A stretch of 63,905 nucleotides of DNA, the filler included, from Choristocarpus tenellus KU-1152 (taxonomy: Eukaryota; Protista; Phaeophyceae): the NCBI GenBank assembly GCA_964200185.2. It is 12 parts of 12 records of this genome, joined end to end, with 100 filler letters (N's around TTAATTAATTAA, not from the genome) between each part and the next. Parts side by side here need not be neighbours in the genome. Positions count along the whole stretch, not along the records: positions 10,476 to 14,745 come from CAXNAD020015368.1; positions 14,846 to 23,710 come from CAXNAD020004246.1; positions 23,811 to 29,246 come from CAXNAD020010785.1; 9 more parts are not named here. One strand, 5' to 3'. The notes under the pieces were generated by a model. That model made no database searches. It was not told the DNA's origin and was given only the letters and a program-made list of their open reading frames with translations. Position 1 is the first letter of the stretch, and each line of letters starts with the position of its first letter. Shown here piece after piece: positions 13,761 through 27,516 of this stretch. The position numbers were made by a program, and so were the translations under genes.

Positions 13761-13917
13761 GAGCCAAAGTATCTTAGGGTTAGGGTAGATAGAGCCCTCC
13801 CCCCCCCAAAAAAAAAAAATCTGTTTGGGGGGGGCCCAAAATCCGATGTTTGCAATTTCGACGTAATGTTTTGGCTATTGTGTTTTTGTTAGGAAGTGGT
13901 GTCAATATCCTTGTTCC

Positions 13918-13970
<53 letters not shown>

Positions 13971-14128
13971 TTTGTAAAAGTACACATTTGTTTTTTTTTG
14001 CTTACTCCGAAACATATTTCGGAGCAGAGGTAAAAAAAAATAATAAAAAATTATTAAAAAAAAAACAGGGCAAAGCTCGTTCGTACCTACGTACGTACGT
14101 ACGTGCCCTCTAAAAGATACGTTAACTC
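13761..14128. mobile_element. MITE family A copy inflated by microsatellite/homopolymer expansions
   Basis: GAGCCAAAGTATCTTAG ... CCCTCTAAAAGATACGTTAACTC; collinear with 59228-59485; flanks AATT/GATT. Confidence 0.85.
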
Positions 14129-14382
14129 GATTGATTCATGGAGACGATGGGAGGGACGCAGTATTGCTTCTTCTTTTTTTTCTTTGCCTTTTGGAGTGCA
14201 AGCATTTATTGCTTGCACAGCACGATATAACTTTATGCATTTGGGACAAAGTTGCATTGTGTGTTGTTTTGGCACTGCAGCATTTTAGCTTTTACCCTAA
14301 TCCTTTGCGCAGCGAGAACCGATGCTCATCCGCACCGCCCGGAAGCTAGCTAGTTGGCCTTGTTGTTTATTCCTCAGTGTTA

Positions 14383-14422
14383 GCCTAACCCTAACCCTAA
14401 CCCTATATCCCTAACCCTAACC
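14383..14422. repeat. Short interstitial telomere-like (CCCTAA)n
   Basis: CCTAACCCTAACCCTAACCCTATATCCCTAACCCTAACCC. Confidence 0.75.
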
Positions 14423-14492
14423 CCCCAACCGATGAAGAATAGTGTCTAGTTGGGGGTGGGAAGATCGCCCATTGATTGCCCTGGAAGAGAAC

Positions 14493-14745
14493 GAGTGAAA
14501 ATAAAGAAACAAAAAAAAAGCGTCTTAGAGGGTACCTACGTACGTACGTACGTACAAAAAAAAAGTTTTGGCCTGTTTGTCCGCTCGCTCGGGGGGGACT
14601 TTTACTTCTCACGTTTTTTTTTTTTTTATGACATTTTAAAAACCTGTGCTCCCAAACACGTTTCGGAGTAGGCAAAAAAAAAAAAGTAAGAGTACGTTAC
14701 AAAAAGAGGGGGAGTGTGTGAGCGTGAGGGCGCATCGGAGTGCGG
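14493..14745. mobile_element. MITE family A copy (opposite orientation to 13761), slippage-expanded, truncated by gap
   Basis: GAGTGAAA..GTCTTAGAGGGTAC(TACG)n..CCTGTTTGTCC..TATGACATTTT..TTTCGGAGTAGG. Confidence 0.8.
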
Positions 14746-17680
14746 NNNNNNNNNNNNNNNNNNNNNNNNNNNNNNNNNNNNNNNNNNNNTTAATTAATTA
14801 ANNNNNNNNNNNNNNNNNNNNNNNNNNNNNNNNNNNNNNNNNNNNCACCTGCACACCTGTGTCATCCCCCATACAAATAACAGAAAGTAATGAGCGAGGC
14901 TAGAAGAAAATAGGTCTAAGAAGAGGATTGGATAGACATTCCACTGATCAAGTTATTCAAGGCAATATAGCTCCAACCACATCTCAAATCTAGACTAAGA
15001 ATGAGTCTCACGAACACTCACCCGAAAACCACACGGGCAGATCGCTCCATTATTAAGTATCTGCGCCTTGGTCCAACGGCAACCCTGGCAATGGACCTCA
15101 TTCGTTCCCTCACTCACCAGCTCTTCCTGGAGCTCGCGCTCGAACTGACAAACGTCATCATCCAGCATGCCTCCCCCCCTACTCGTGGCACTGCTAACAG
15201 AAGACTCCACCGATGATACTGAGAACTGCCTCAGCGACTCGGTTCTATCGGATGCACAAGGCACCGTATGGCGCGAAATCAAATTCACCATGGAAGTCAA
15301 GCTATTGGGCGTCAACACCCGAAAACTCCTTCAAATGTCTTGAAAACAATCCCTACACTTCCCAAACCCTCCTTTCTGTACGCTGTGAACCTCTCAAGAC
15401 TCAGATGGTACCAATGACGTGTCTATGTGGTCAAAGACGGTTCCTGCTCTACCCTCAGACAAATTTGTGTTAGCCACACCACCCCTGGTTTTTTCAGTTC
15501 CTCGAATTAGGGACCTTCCTGTTCTGGTACCACCTTTCTAGTTTCCACTGTCAACATTAAATTTTCGCCTTTTTCGACCAGGAGTCATTTCCGCCCGGGA
15601 AAGCGTGTTGTCCAGTACGGCCTTTCTTCATGAACACATATTAATTCCAAAAACAATTTTTTAGATCTTTAACAGTTTGTCCCAAAGGGTCAAGTGAAGA
15701 GTAGAAGGAAGGTTTGCAATTAAAAACCCTTTAAGGGTCCAATCAAAAATGTCAGAATACCACAAGTCTTCACGATACATATGTAACGATTTGTCATAAA
15801 TGATTCCCAATCCACAACAAATTACAGAGATTCGAATATTGAAAAACATTTCGGGATGTTCTAGCGCTGGATTTGACTCACCTCATCTGCAAAAATATAT
15901 ATTATTTCTTTTTCCACATGCTAAAAGGAATAATTCCAACTGTTGTGGTTGGTACATCAATGTTTCTTGACGATAGTCATTGACTTGGCAAAAGTGACAA
16001 GTCCTCTTCTAGTTACATTCAACAGTATGAAGTTGGAGTTTGTGGAGAAAGCACCCGACACAGATTCCATTTGCAACCTACACTATTTTCGCGCCAGAAA
16101 AAAAATATATACTTTTCATACATATCCATAGAAGCATAACACAAAAGAATAAAGAACAAATACTATCTCAAAGCGCCCTTGACAATGGCACTTCCATTCT
16201 AACCTTCTGCCATAGTGATGCAGTTCCAAATTGATGCACATCCATATTGATGCTCATCACGCCACACATATGCAGTTTCAAAGGCAACAACCCAATACGA
16301 TTATTATTGTGGTAGATTACCTTATGTAAATACCCTACCGTTAACCACAAATTGCATCTTTTTTTGCACAGGCCTCTTGGAAACAAGCCAGTCGCTCGCG
16401 GCATTACTAATATTATGTAATATTATTGGTATATCTCTATAATATATTTAGAAGCGAATAGGTGGATATTTATATGTTGGCAGATTCCCTTCTTCTTATT
16501 TCCACTCATTTATATTACTTTGATCTTTCACTTGTCTAATGTATATTGATCATACTCACTATTCAGATACGGGATCAATCAGAGACTACGTATCACTTTG
16601 AGGTACACAATATTAATCCCCCTAATCCATTTGTAGATGTTTCAATGAAAAAGCCAATTATCATCCGAACCCCTAGTTGTGTTGAATGTATGTTACTACT
16701 ACTACTATTAATGCCACATAATGTCACATATCCGTTGCAATACTCGGTGTAACTACTTGAAAATGGTCCCCAGTTGAGTTAGTCGTCATCATTGTTGCAG
16801 GGGTTCAGTCAATTGTTTATCTATTTCTCTTTGTCCCTCCAATCTTGTCCTTCACTCCAACTTGAAGACCCTAAACAATGAAACCTTACCATTCTTAGTG
16901 CGGCGTGTTTGTGGTGTAGGATTAGGGTGAGATATCGTTATACGATTCAAATTTTTGGTATTGCTCTTCCAACTTCCATATTGGTGATAGATGACAATAA
17001 AAAAAATGACAGCAAAAATAGATAGACATGCTCAGGAGTTGGCAAACATCTCATTTGAAACTGGGCAAGACATCTCTAAAGATGTCATATGGGTAAAAAA
17101 ATTGTGATGTAACAAATCAATGAACGCAACAAATAATACTCTACAGATACATATATATTACAGGAAAGGTACTTCGGCAATCCAATATACCTTCATTCGA
17201 TCACATCGTCTAGCCACAAGTTCAACCTAATTTCCCAAATATCTAACCTTATAAACTTAATCAATGCAGGTACTACAAGGAGGTATGTTCCTTGGTCTAT
17301 AATATGTGGAGGTCGACAAAATGCCTGATTCAGAACCACCAAAGCAATCCTTCAGCTTCTATCTCCAATCCCTCCACCTTACTTGATGGACTGGGGTGTA
17401 TTAGTGTCTGGTTTTGTGACCTCTTTAGATATGACGTATTCTATTATATTCGTGATGTGGACCAACCATCTCTTCTATTTATACTTTCATGGTATGTATA
17501 TAGAGAGGAACTAACTGAAAGTACTTCTAAACTGAACACTATGAAAGATTCCTACGAATCAGCCAAGGAAGTCCCGTCTAACCCACTGACCCGGTTCCTC
17601 CAGTTAAAAATGCATGACACACACGCCTGGATATTGTTATTTATGCATTGATGACACAATCTATATCAGGTGTGTCTTCA

Positions 17681-17862
17681 GGCTCAAACTATCTGGGGGG
17701 GGGGGGTGGCGGCAGTCCATTCGGAGCCCGTTTTTTACATGTCGTGATTGCGTGATTTAGTTGCATGTATCGGATGGGTAATGTAGGTACACTTTTCCTG
17801 GTCAGGGCCCAAATGGACACCCTGGTGTAGACTACCCCCCCCCCCCCCACACACTTTGGACC
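17681..17862. mobile_element. MITE family B, full length, TSD TTCA
   Basis: TTCA|GGCTCAAACTATCTG...ACACTTTGGACC|TTCA. Confidence 0.9.
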
Positions 17863-18544
17863 TTCACTGCTCCCTCCTGAATGAAACCCTCAGCCCCCTA
17901 CCACCCACTACATGAGTCGCCAGCTCATCCAGAAATTGCTCTGTTTGCCGCTTACAGGTTTCCAAAGCTTTCCGCAACAAAGGTGTTGAGGTTCAACTTT
18001 GAGGGTCAAAAGATCTTCTAGTGATCTAACTTCCGATGCTTGGCTATAGCAGCAGCGATGCAACTTTTTTTTTGCATTTGTTAAAGGTCGCAACTCACTT
18101 ACTTGCGTGGACCTCTATGAAATCCACATGCAGCAGTAAGCCCTTTTGCCAGTAAGGGGCAGTGGCTACATTATCCAATAGTGCCCCAACATGGAATACT
18201 GCATCCACGCGGAAATTGTGGTTAAGTATAAGAAAACTTTGATACTCCAGGGTGTAGGAGACACCCGTCTGCCTCCAAATGCTGCCCGGTTGCGTGAACA
18301 TAGGCAGGTGCTGCCATGTTTGTCCTCTAGCCCTGGGGCATTTGTGTGCATGACTGGTGTCAACAATATGTTGTCTACACCCAGCTAAGCAGCCGTTCAG
18401 CAGTTGGATAGGGCCCCTTGTACCCCTAAGAGCTGGTTCGCCGTATGTTAGGATAGTAAAGGTGTACAAGTATGCGCATGTGGTGCTTGCCACGTAGGTG
18501 GAATTTCGGACGGTCCAAACTGAATCTGTTCGATATAATAAATT

Positions 18545-18620
18545 TTGGAGCTAATGGAATTCGAACCTGGAAACTCAGTAGGGGAGCAATCTCCTCAACG
18601 CTGAAACTCTGTACAACATT
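18545..18620 (-). repeat. tRNA-derived (SINE-like) fragment
   Basis: B-box-like CCAGGTTCGAATTCC followed by an A-run on the minus strand; no complete cloverleaf. Confidence 0.3.
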
Positions 18621-19399
18621 AACATGAAGAATCAATAAAGAAATAATGCACGACAATGATGTCGAGTAATGTAAGGAACGATAACCACCACATTAGTACA
18701 AGATTTACCTAAGTTACCTACTACCAAGGGTAGCCAGCCAGCAACATCGATATTATAAATGTATCAGCCTTCAGAGTATGGAGCATGATCTGAAGAAGCT
18801 ATCCTGTCTAGTCAAGTGCAACAGGATGGTCCTTGACGACCTGATCAAATGCCCCGAGCCTCCCACAGCCACCTCCGAAGCAAAAGAATGTGCACTGAAT
18901 GCGATTGGTGTAATGTTCTTTGACATATCAAAACATCACCCATCAAGCACGTCAAGCTTATCGAGGCAGATGGACTCTTAGAGATCACTGATGCTAGAAC
19001 AGCACCTAGTTACGGTGCAAGACCTGTGAGGAGTGCAGATATGAGGACGCTGAGTCATCAATAGAGGACAAGAGCCCAAAGCCCAGTGATTTTATACACA
19101 CGTACCAGGTAGATCCTTTCTACACAGATATCAAGGAGATGAAGTAGTTACAGGTGTTCATCAACGAAAGCAGCAGGGACAAAGGAGTTCACGCTCTGAG
19201 ATTACAGGACACAGCAACCGAGCCAACACCTGCCTACATGGACAACATGTCTGAAGAAGACATAGTATGGAATGCAGCAGTAGGGATGGACTGGGGAACC
19301 TGGTAATTTGTGAAGTTCAACATATGCTAACTAAAGCAACAAGAGTGCAGAGCAGTCCAAAAAGAAACTTGTGGAGGCGGTGCACAGTTCGCTAGTAGA

Positions 19400-21400
19400 A
19401 GCTGACCTGGTCGACAAATACTCCATATTTGATTCTTTGCTCTCACTCACTTGGCCTTCAATTAGGGAGGAATGTCACACGAAGGCCTAGGAGGGAAAAC
19501 AACGTGCAAGCATTTAACTAGCAAGGTCTTCAACTATGACAGACTCCTTGTGTGGGTGAGTGAGTGCTAGCAAGAGGGAAGCCCCATCTATTAACAGAAA
19601 TCTCTATCCTGGTATGTATGGCCTCCTCCACAGGCCAGACTGGTGATGAGCATGACGACTATTCTGATGTGGACTTGAATTGGGTTCCGATAAGGATTTT
19701 GACAATAGAGGCAATGCCACAGGCAAAGCTGACGTGCATACACGCAACAGAGACTTGTAGCTCCCCTGATAGTCATGGGCAGCACACACCTGCTAGGATA
19801 GGCAAGCAACCCAGGGTGGAATACAGAAGGTGAAGCTTTCTGGGAAAGGGAAAGGACTGGATGATAATGTTGTTAACCCACTACTAAGAGAAAGTACTGA
19901 TGATGTGCACCAACTGATGCGTATGGCTGCTGATATTTTGCCACGACACCAAGAACCCTCAACAATTGCCAAGCTACCTTGTGGACCTAACATGTAGAAA
20001 TGAAAAGGGGAGAGGGGTCAAGAAATAGAGGGTCATTGGAACAAAAGGGACATTTAGGGACAGAAAAGATCTGTGACAAGGAAGGAGAGACTAAGCGAAA
20101 ACTCGGTTGGGCTTAAAGAATAAGCGGCCAGCTGCAAGACCATGGAAGAACTACAGAGGGAGGTTGGCGGTCATGGGTTCACTCAATAGGAGGGAGTGTA
20201 TTGCTTTGACAAATTTATCCCGATGGTTGGCTTTGACATTATTTGCTGTACTCGCATCAGTCGATTTGTACCGGGTCATTAAATGTGAATCAATGCATCA
20301 CCTCCTGAGGGCGTTTAGCTTTACCTGCCCAACGGCTTGACTATCAAAACCGCGAGACACATTATGGTCTCAAGTAATTGGCACTGGAATGCTACAAGGA
20401 GCTGAAGGGGATCATATTAGAGAGGGGTAGAATGTCAGTGAGACCAAATACTGCCTCTACTTGACCAGGAGCAAGAATGGTCAACTCACCACTCTCTTTC
20501 ACTATGTGGATGACATTTATATTGACTGGGGACTTCAACGAAGAAATCGAGCGAATATCGACTAGTCTACCATAAGGTACAGAGGACAAGAGATTGGAAC
20601 CTCCGTAAGATAAGCTGTGTGGCGGGTGAATCTGCAATTTCACTGAAGCAGCGCCTGTATGCCGAGAGTGTTATCGTTCAGAGAAGGGATCAACAGAGGT
20701 ACGGACTGCATCATCACGCTTGGACCAAGAGATGGACTTGAACCCGCAACATAAGCTGAGGGAGAACTGGACCAGTCCCATACCTAGCCATTCTGGGGAA
20801 ATGGCTCGACTAAACCTCTCCAACAGTGAGAAGGAGCTAGTTCATAACACACCATCATCATCCTGCAGGAAAGAGTGAAAATATCTTAGAGGGTACAAGT
20901 TTTTCCCTGTTTGTCCCTTTGGGACTTGGCTTCCCGCGGGTTTATGATGACATTTTACCCACTCCAAAAAGTTTCGAAGTAGGTAAAATGTATACGTTAT
21001 GAAGAGGTGTGTCTAGAACAAGGTTGTTGACATCTCCTAACAAACATGATTGCCAAAATTACATGAAAATTGCAACATTGGATTTTAGCCCCCAAATGAA
21101 CGCGACTCTACCCTCTAAGATACTTCAACTCAAACACTAGAAAGAGGTACAGTTGTACTGTGATATGTAGCAGGTGGTAGCAATGTGAGGATTCACTATT
21201 CAACTGAGGGGAGCATGGACAGAAGTGGACTCATCAGGCATGGTAATTCGGACTGGACAAACGACCCTGTATCAATATGGAGTGTAACAGGATACGCACT
21301 GCTATTTTATGGAGCGCCTGTTCTCTGGAGATCATCCAGGAGGAGTGTGTCACTGAAAATGACTGAGCACATTTGAGTGTCTTGGTGGTGGACAGGAAAT
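19400..21400 (+). mobile_element. Decayed Ty1/copia pol, interrupted by a family A MITE
   Basis: 21185-21376 GLIRHGNSDWTNDPVSIWSVTGYALLFYGAPVLWRS matches the copia GYxDxDWAxD..SxTGY..GxPISWxS motif. Upstream sequence is degraded and the left boundary is approximate. Confidence 0.65.
20873..21131. mobile_element. MITE family A, full length (259 bp)
   Basis: GAGTGAAAATATCTTAGAGGGTA...TACCCTCTAAGATACTTCAACTC; flanks share AAA. Confidence 0.92.
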
Positions 21401-23069
21401 TATGACAAATGTTGACATTGACGCGGGTCTTTGTAACCTAGTAACCCCAAACCAATCCATCATTTCAATACAGAGTTCCAGTAACAAAGGCACGTTACTA
21501 GACTCACCATTGTTATCTGATTCAAAAATATTCTACCAACCCTTCAATTTCAATCTACGTCACCCGTCACTCTGTACCTATATTACTACTGTAAAAACAG
21601 GAGGGTATACCCATCCACACTATCTGCTATGATCTGAATAGGGTATACCACCTGAGGTTTAAAGCAATAACATGAAAGTATGGAAGCGTTGTTTAGTCTC
21701 CGATTTTGTTATTCCATGAAGATGCAGATCTCTTAACTGTGCTGGCTGACCATTTCCACGATTTTTTTTCGTCTGTGAGGAGATCTTTTCTTTGTTAAAT
21801 TCCTGGGACCTGCTGGCTCACGCGATTCAAGGACATGAAGGGTTGAGGTCGAGATCATGATGTGAATGACGAAGGATTAACCAGAGTCTGCATGTAAGAA
21901 CATATATTTTTGGTGCATCTTGGTCTGGCTTTTCTTGTAAGGCTTGGGTTCCAGAACATGTGGTGCAATCCTTGTGGACATGACACACAAAGGTAGGAGA
22001 TTCAATGGTCAGTGAGTCATTAGGTGGTGCCTGAAGGAAAAGTCAGACAAAGACACATAAGAAATAGGTTATCCTTCTGTAGGTAATAGGCCGACACCCC
22101 CGATCGGTTGCAAGAACCACTCCAAGCCTTGTCCTGAGATGTGATTGATTACACACAAAGATCCACCAAAGACACTCCAAAAATGACTTCCTAGCTCTCA
22201 AACCAAACTACTCTTCCTCTCCTTCGATGAGCTTGACCCGAACTCAACTGCAAACACGTATGGCTTGAAGCAACGTTTGTCCCATTACATCATACAACAG
22301 TAGTATCAGGGTGCCCCATTCTGTCCTACGATATGTGACACTAAAGCATCTCACAACCACTGATGTAGAATAAATATGTTTCATGTCCACTGCTGACATT
22401 TTTCGCATGTTTTTTGTCACGTGGGAGACACCGAAGAGCAACAAACAAGGCAGGGAGTACAACGAACAAAACACAAGAGCTTATATTGCTTTCATTAAAG
22501 CCCTTCCAAAACACCAATAACACCAGTTTAGTCGCATCGTATTCCTGTCACGAACAATATGGAGGCCCTGTTGCTCTTTCTCTGCTATAACTCTCTGTTA
22601 TGACTGTCTGCAACACTTCACACCCTTGCAGTTTGGGCATATCGCACGTGTACCCAGCTCCACCACAAAAAAAAAAAAACGCTTACCACTATCTTATTTT
22701 AGATTTGTTGACCAGAAACATACTATGTTCGTAATTAAACATTAACATAGCTCTTGCAAGGTCTGTTCTCACCCGGAAAAGATCCATATGATAAACCTTC
22801 TGTACTAGGTTTAGTTCTCGTATAGATTGGAAGGTGAGCAAATTTTGACGCGGTAGGCTATCATGACTGTGAAGGATGACCAGTGCAAAGTCGACCAAGT
22901 CCCATTTGACAGGGTTCAATAACCTCGTGAAACTGTCAGAGGGAGTGTTTCTTGGGATGCTTAGGATCAAGGCCCCCCATCGTTCGAGCGGCTCGTTCAT
23001 CCGGTTGGTCCCAATTCTTCGGCCAAGAAGTCTGTTGGGGATCTAGACTCAAACGCCCCGACGAAGAAC

Positions 23070-23710
23070 AGCGTGAGACTCAAATATCTCAGGGGACGGT
23101 GGCATCCATCGCGAAGGACTTGGGGATTTCCTGAATCACTATTCTCTGTCATCTGACGGAGTATAACTGTTAGATCGCACGGGGTGAATGCATAGACCTT
23201 ATACTTCGTCACAAGGGTGACGTGGCCGCCGTACAAGTATCCTCGACGTTTGGGATGTCCCATTGGTACACCCCGCATCCTTCCGCAAATGGGCTACCAA
23301 AGCTGGGGTCTCCCTTGACTCGTTGTGGGATCTAGGCAAGGGCGAGAAGGCGAAGAAGATCACGTGGTGGATTAAGTTAGTTCTCTCAGATCAGCAGAAA
23401 GTCAGCAGGTCGGATTTTATCATCAGCGACATGTACAAGAAAGGGGGGAAATGGGGTATTAGTGGACGGTCTATATATTACTGGGTGCATGTGGACAAGA
23501 AGTGTTTTTACATCCTCAAAGATGGGTAAGGTGTGTACCTGCACCCTAATGAAGACCCCCCCAAATACCCACGGGCACAGAATAAGTGATACATTACGAA
23601 AATGGTGTCCGCCCTAGGAAGCTCTCGATCGGGGTGTGGTTCGATGGGAAAATTAAGGTTGCTCAGCGCTCCAGCAAACACCACCCCAAGGGCACCAAGG
23701 TGCTTGCACC
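23070..23710 (+). mobile_element. DD39D (plant-type, Osmar/Soymar-like) mariner transposase pseudogene, truncated by gap
   Basis: HTH-like GTVASIAKDLGIS and SFRKWATKAGVSL, then VHVDKKCFY..VYLHPNEDPP..QNK*YITKM and WFDGKI. Compare the family motif HIDEKWF..YYLxPxE..KxKVMF..FDGKIG. Confidence 0.85.
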
Positions 23711-25011
23711 NNNNNNNNNNNNNNNNNNNNNNNNNNNNNNNNNNNNNNNNNNNNTTAATTAATTAANNNNNNNNNNNNNNNNNNNNNNNNNNNNNNNNNN
23801 NNNNNNNNNNTTGTGAAATAGACCAGCAGTTATTCATTCACATCCTACCAAAGAAGCATGTGCCCCCTCAGCCCACCCGTGTAAAGTCCAGGACCTATCA
23901 TCCCGATCTCACACTCCCTCCAGTATACTGAGAGACTCCATTCCGGCTTAGTGAGACAGACCTAGGTTGGTACGGCGGAGGGATGAAGGTCCCAGGCCTA
24001 TGGATCTGGCACCCCTCAAGTCCAGCTCAAGAGACACCACCCTGTTGCCTGTATTGCTCATGCTTACAAGTAGAAAGGTGCATCCTGATGGATCATATGT
24101 AGCATCAACCAGCAAAAAAAACACTAGCTATACAGTTTGCTGCTGCTGACAGATCTGACAGGGTGAGGAAGTGGCGGTGGCCAGTAACTGAAAGTGATGC
24201 CACTGCCTTAATGGCACAGCACCAGAAACCAAGGACAAACCCCATACAAACCTCCCTCCTCTCGCCACCTGATGTTCAATTCAGAACACTCCCTATGCCT
24301 GCACTTGCACCTGCATCATACATACCCACATGGCAAGTCAACAGGGGTATGTTGTGATTGTTGCTGTCCTTGGCCCTGAGGCTGGCTCTGTGGCTAACCC
24401 TACCTATCCCATCCACATTGAGTTGTTGCAGGTACTGCTCCAAACCTCCCTAATGGAAGAGTACCCTAGAATCTATCTGTAGTCTGCCCACTACCTGGCA
24501 GAAAGATGCCATCATGGGAAAATACTCCCCTGAACAGGTTCCCATCCCTACACCCCCTCCCTCTAATCCACTATATCCTCAACCTGCACCAGTACCTGCC
24601 CGAGTGGAACACCTAACTCTGTCATGATTGCTTTCATATCCCCATAAAGTCTAACCCACCAGAAAGCAGTGAACTCAAGTCTGGAGTGGTAGCAAAGTCA
24701 CTCACAACTACTGCCCCACCTAACACAACTCTCAAAAAGGACCTCTCCCTTCCTTACCAAGCCACCACTGCCTCCCATCACCCCCAAAGTAGTTGTCAGG
24801 TCACCTCCAACAAGCACATCCAACCTAGATTTTGCCCATTCCAACCATGAATTCTCCTCTTTCAAAGAGGTGGAAATTGGAGGTGCAATGAGATCAGTGC
24901 CCTTACCTTCTCATTAGTGAGCCACATTACCTCCCTCGACCTCCCCAAGCCCCCGCTTCCAAGACTTTCATGTCGTGAACTAAATCGCTGCAAGATATTC
25001 CTTGCACTCAC

Positions 25012-25926
25012 CCCGACCCTATCTCAAGCCCCAATCCTGGCCCTATGTCAGATCCTGAGTCCGCTTCCAAGCCCACACTTCTTCCAAGCACTCCCTGCCT
25101 CCGAGAATCACCCTGCCCCAGCAATGCCAAATCCAAGGCAGCCTCCAACGCCCTTGAGGTTCCTTCCCCACCCTCCTCCTCCTGATCTCCTTCAGAGGCT
25201 GTAGCACCAACATTGGCAGGGATTTCTCCCTCTGAAAAACCTGCACTTCCCCTCTCGATGCTCTCTTCTTCGGCAACAGATGAAGCCTCCCCAACTGCGG
25301 GAAAAGAAATGCTTCCTTCCTGCCCACTTTCTATAGTATACGTACATTCAGTCACCTCCACATCTCTATTCCCTCTGTTCCCTGGGTCAATGCTGCCTCC
25401 CTGGATCTCTGCTCTCTGTTCATTACTAGCAGGCCGAGGGGGAACAACAGCAGATACCTTCATCACATTTGAACTTTCTGAGAGTTTTTTCAAGCCTTCT
25501 AACGCCGCCAACCCCACACTAACCCCTCCAGTAGCCTTGATGTAAGCTGTAGTGGGATCCATTGACTCCCTGCCCCCAGTCCCTGCCTCTCCATGCCCTT
25601 CAACTTCTGCCCCTGCAACTAACATCTCCAACCCTGCATTCTCCCCTTCCTCACCCCAGCTATCATGTTCACCTGCCTTCCCCATGGACCTATCCCTTTC
25701 TTTACTCTCTTCCATCATGCCATTCCCTTGTTCTCTTTCTGCATCCTCTTCAACCTGGATGCACTCATTTACCACCTGATTCACTGATCCTGGAACCTTA
25801 CCCCTTGACTGTTTGGTCAGAACCACCTCTGCCCCAGCGATTCTCGGCTCATCAGCTGCCTCATTGCCACTAAGGCATTCATGGCAATTCCATTCTTCAT
25901 CAGGGCGTTGAAAGGGTAGGATATAT
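25012..25926 (-). CDS. Exon completing the PHD (..RPDEEWNCHECL) followed by a long acidic/Gly-rich region
   Basis: CTCAG|A phase-2 acceptor joins in frame to the 26397 exon; open to a GG|GTGAGT donor at 25012, so the gene probably continues. Confidence 0.75.
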
Positions 25927-26395
25927 CTGAGAGGTCCCTCAGGAGGATGGGGGTTGGGGGTAGGGCTGAGTTCCTTCACACTTGGTGTTTGGAAGCGGTT
26001 TGACAAACTGTGTGTAGACTCTGCGGGTACTTATACTGCACTGTCTTGGTATTATTTGCCTAATGAAAGAGATTCAAGTTCCAAAATGTTCTGCAGCAAG
26101 TTTTGGGAGGAGGTACTGACAGCAGTGGTGTCTTAACCAAGGGGTTACTCAGATAGAGGCTCTTCATTTTTACACCACAGATAGCAAATAATCATAAAAA
26201 GGGGTGGACAAACTCAATCGACTGCGAGAAAGCAAAAGGAATATATATATACATAGAAACCCCTTGCTCCCATGCTCAAGTGGTACTGTCACCATGATAT
26301 AGTTCCAGGCACTCGATTTGGCAATAGATCAGCCCTGACCTTACTTTTTTACATGTAGCTCATGCCTACACACCCAGTGGTCTCCCCACAACTCA

Positions 26396-26515
<120 letters not shown>

Positions 26516-26710
26516 TTAGAAGTTTAGTACATGCAGATTCATGTAGAAGCAAAGGCTGACCAGAGCAAGGGGGAGCGATTGCGCAACCTTTTATCCCGTG
26601 CCTTCACTACTTGATCTGTTGCTATAGATAAACAACGATAACTATTACAGTCGTAACTCATTCACAGTACACGAAGAAGTGACCCACAACAAGGGCATGC
26701 ACTGATGAAG

Positions 26711-26760
26711 GTGTGTGGGTGTGGGTGTGGGTGTGGGTGTGGGTGTGGGGGGGTGGGGTT
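26711..26760. repeat. (GGGTGT)n microsatellite in intron
   Basis: Directly visible tandem hexamers. Confidence 0.9.
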
Positions 26761-27516
26761 CTTGAGCTGTAGGCAAGGGTGGAAAATGGTGTGGCAGGAT
26801 GCAAGGTATTGGTGAAAAAAATGTTTGGGTCTAATGGTACAGGACCAAACACAAAAAATATGTATGAGGTCATCAGACAATCTTGAAACCATGGGGGAGG
26901 GGGATGGGGAATGGGTCTGACAATGAACTCTTGGCGATTTGGCAAAAAAGCACTAAAGCCCTCAGCCATAGAAGCATCACATTTGGGTCCCCCTCTTTAA
27001 GAAATTGCTTGCACTATTAATTGTGGTGTGTGCTTCATCTATGTTGCATTGACCCCTAAGGATACGGAGTGATAAAATTTCCACTATTGGCTACTTCATA
27101 TAAAAATTAGGAAGAGATTAATGCCAAGTGCACACAGATTTTCCATTCAAGCAAATATGGGCTAGTTGCAGTCAGGCACAGGTACACAATATTATCACAA
27201 CAGAAGAACGCAAGGGGGCAAGGCTTCATGTTTTCATAGATCATTGCATTCCAAGATAAAACTAGCCTTGATACCAGAATAGTCAAGAAAAAAACATACC
27301 TAATTCTCTTGGCAAGCCAGGATTGTTACATCCACTAACGCTCTACCTCAATTTCACCTCAAAGGATAAATTTGCAACTGAGAGAATGATTATTGACCAA
27401 CTGTGTACCATTGCTGCAACTATAAACATAGTGTTCCTTCAGCTACTTGTTCGGTACACAATAACAGGGGTGAGAGGCGGTTAAGATCCATCAGGTGGTG
27501 GTTCTCACATGCATAC

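Noticed and set aside
14860-16400. Possible hAT transposase remnant
   Set aside because: Only a faint dimerisation-motif resemblance amid many stops.
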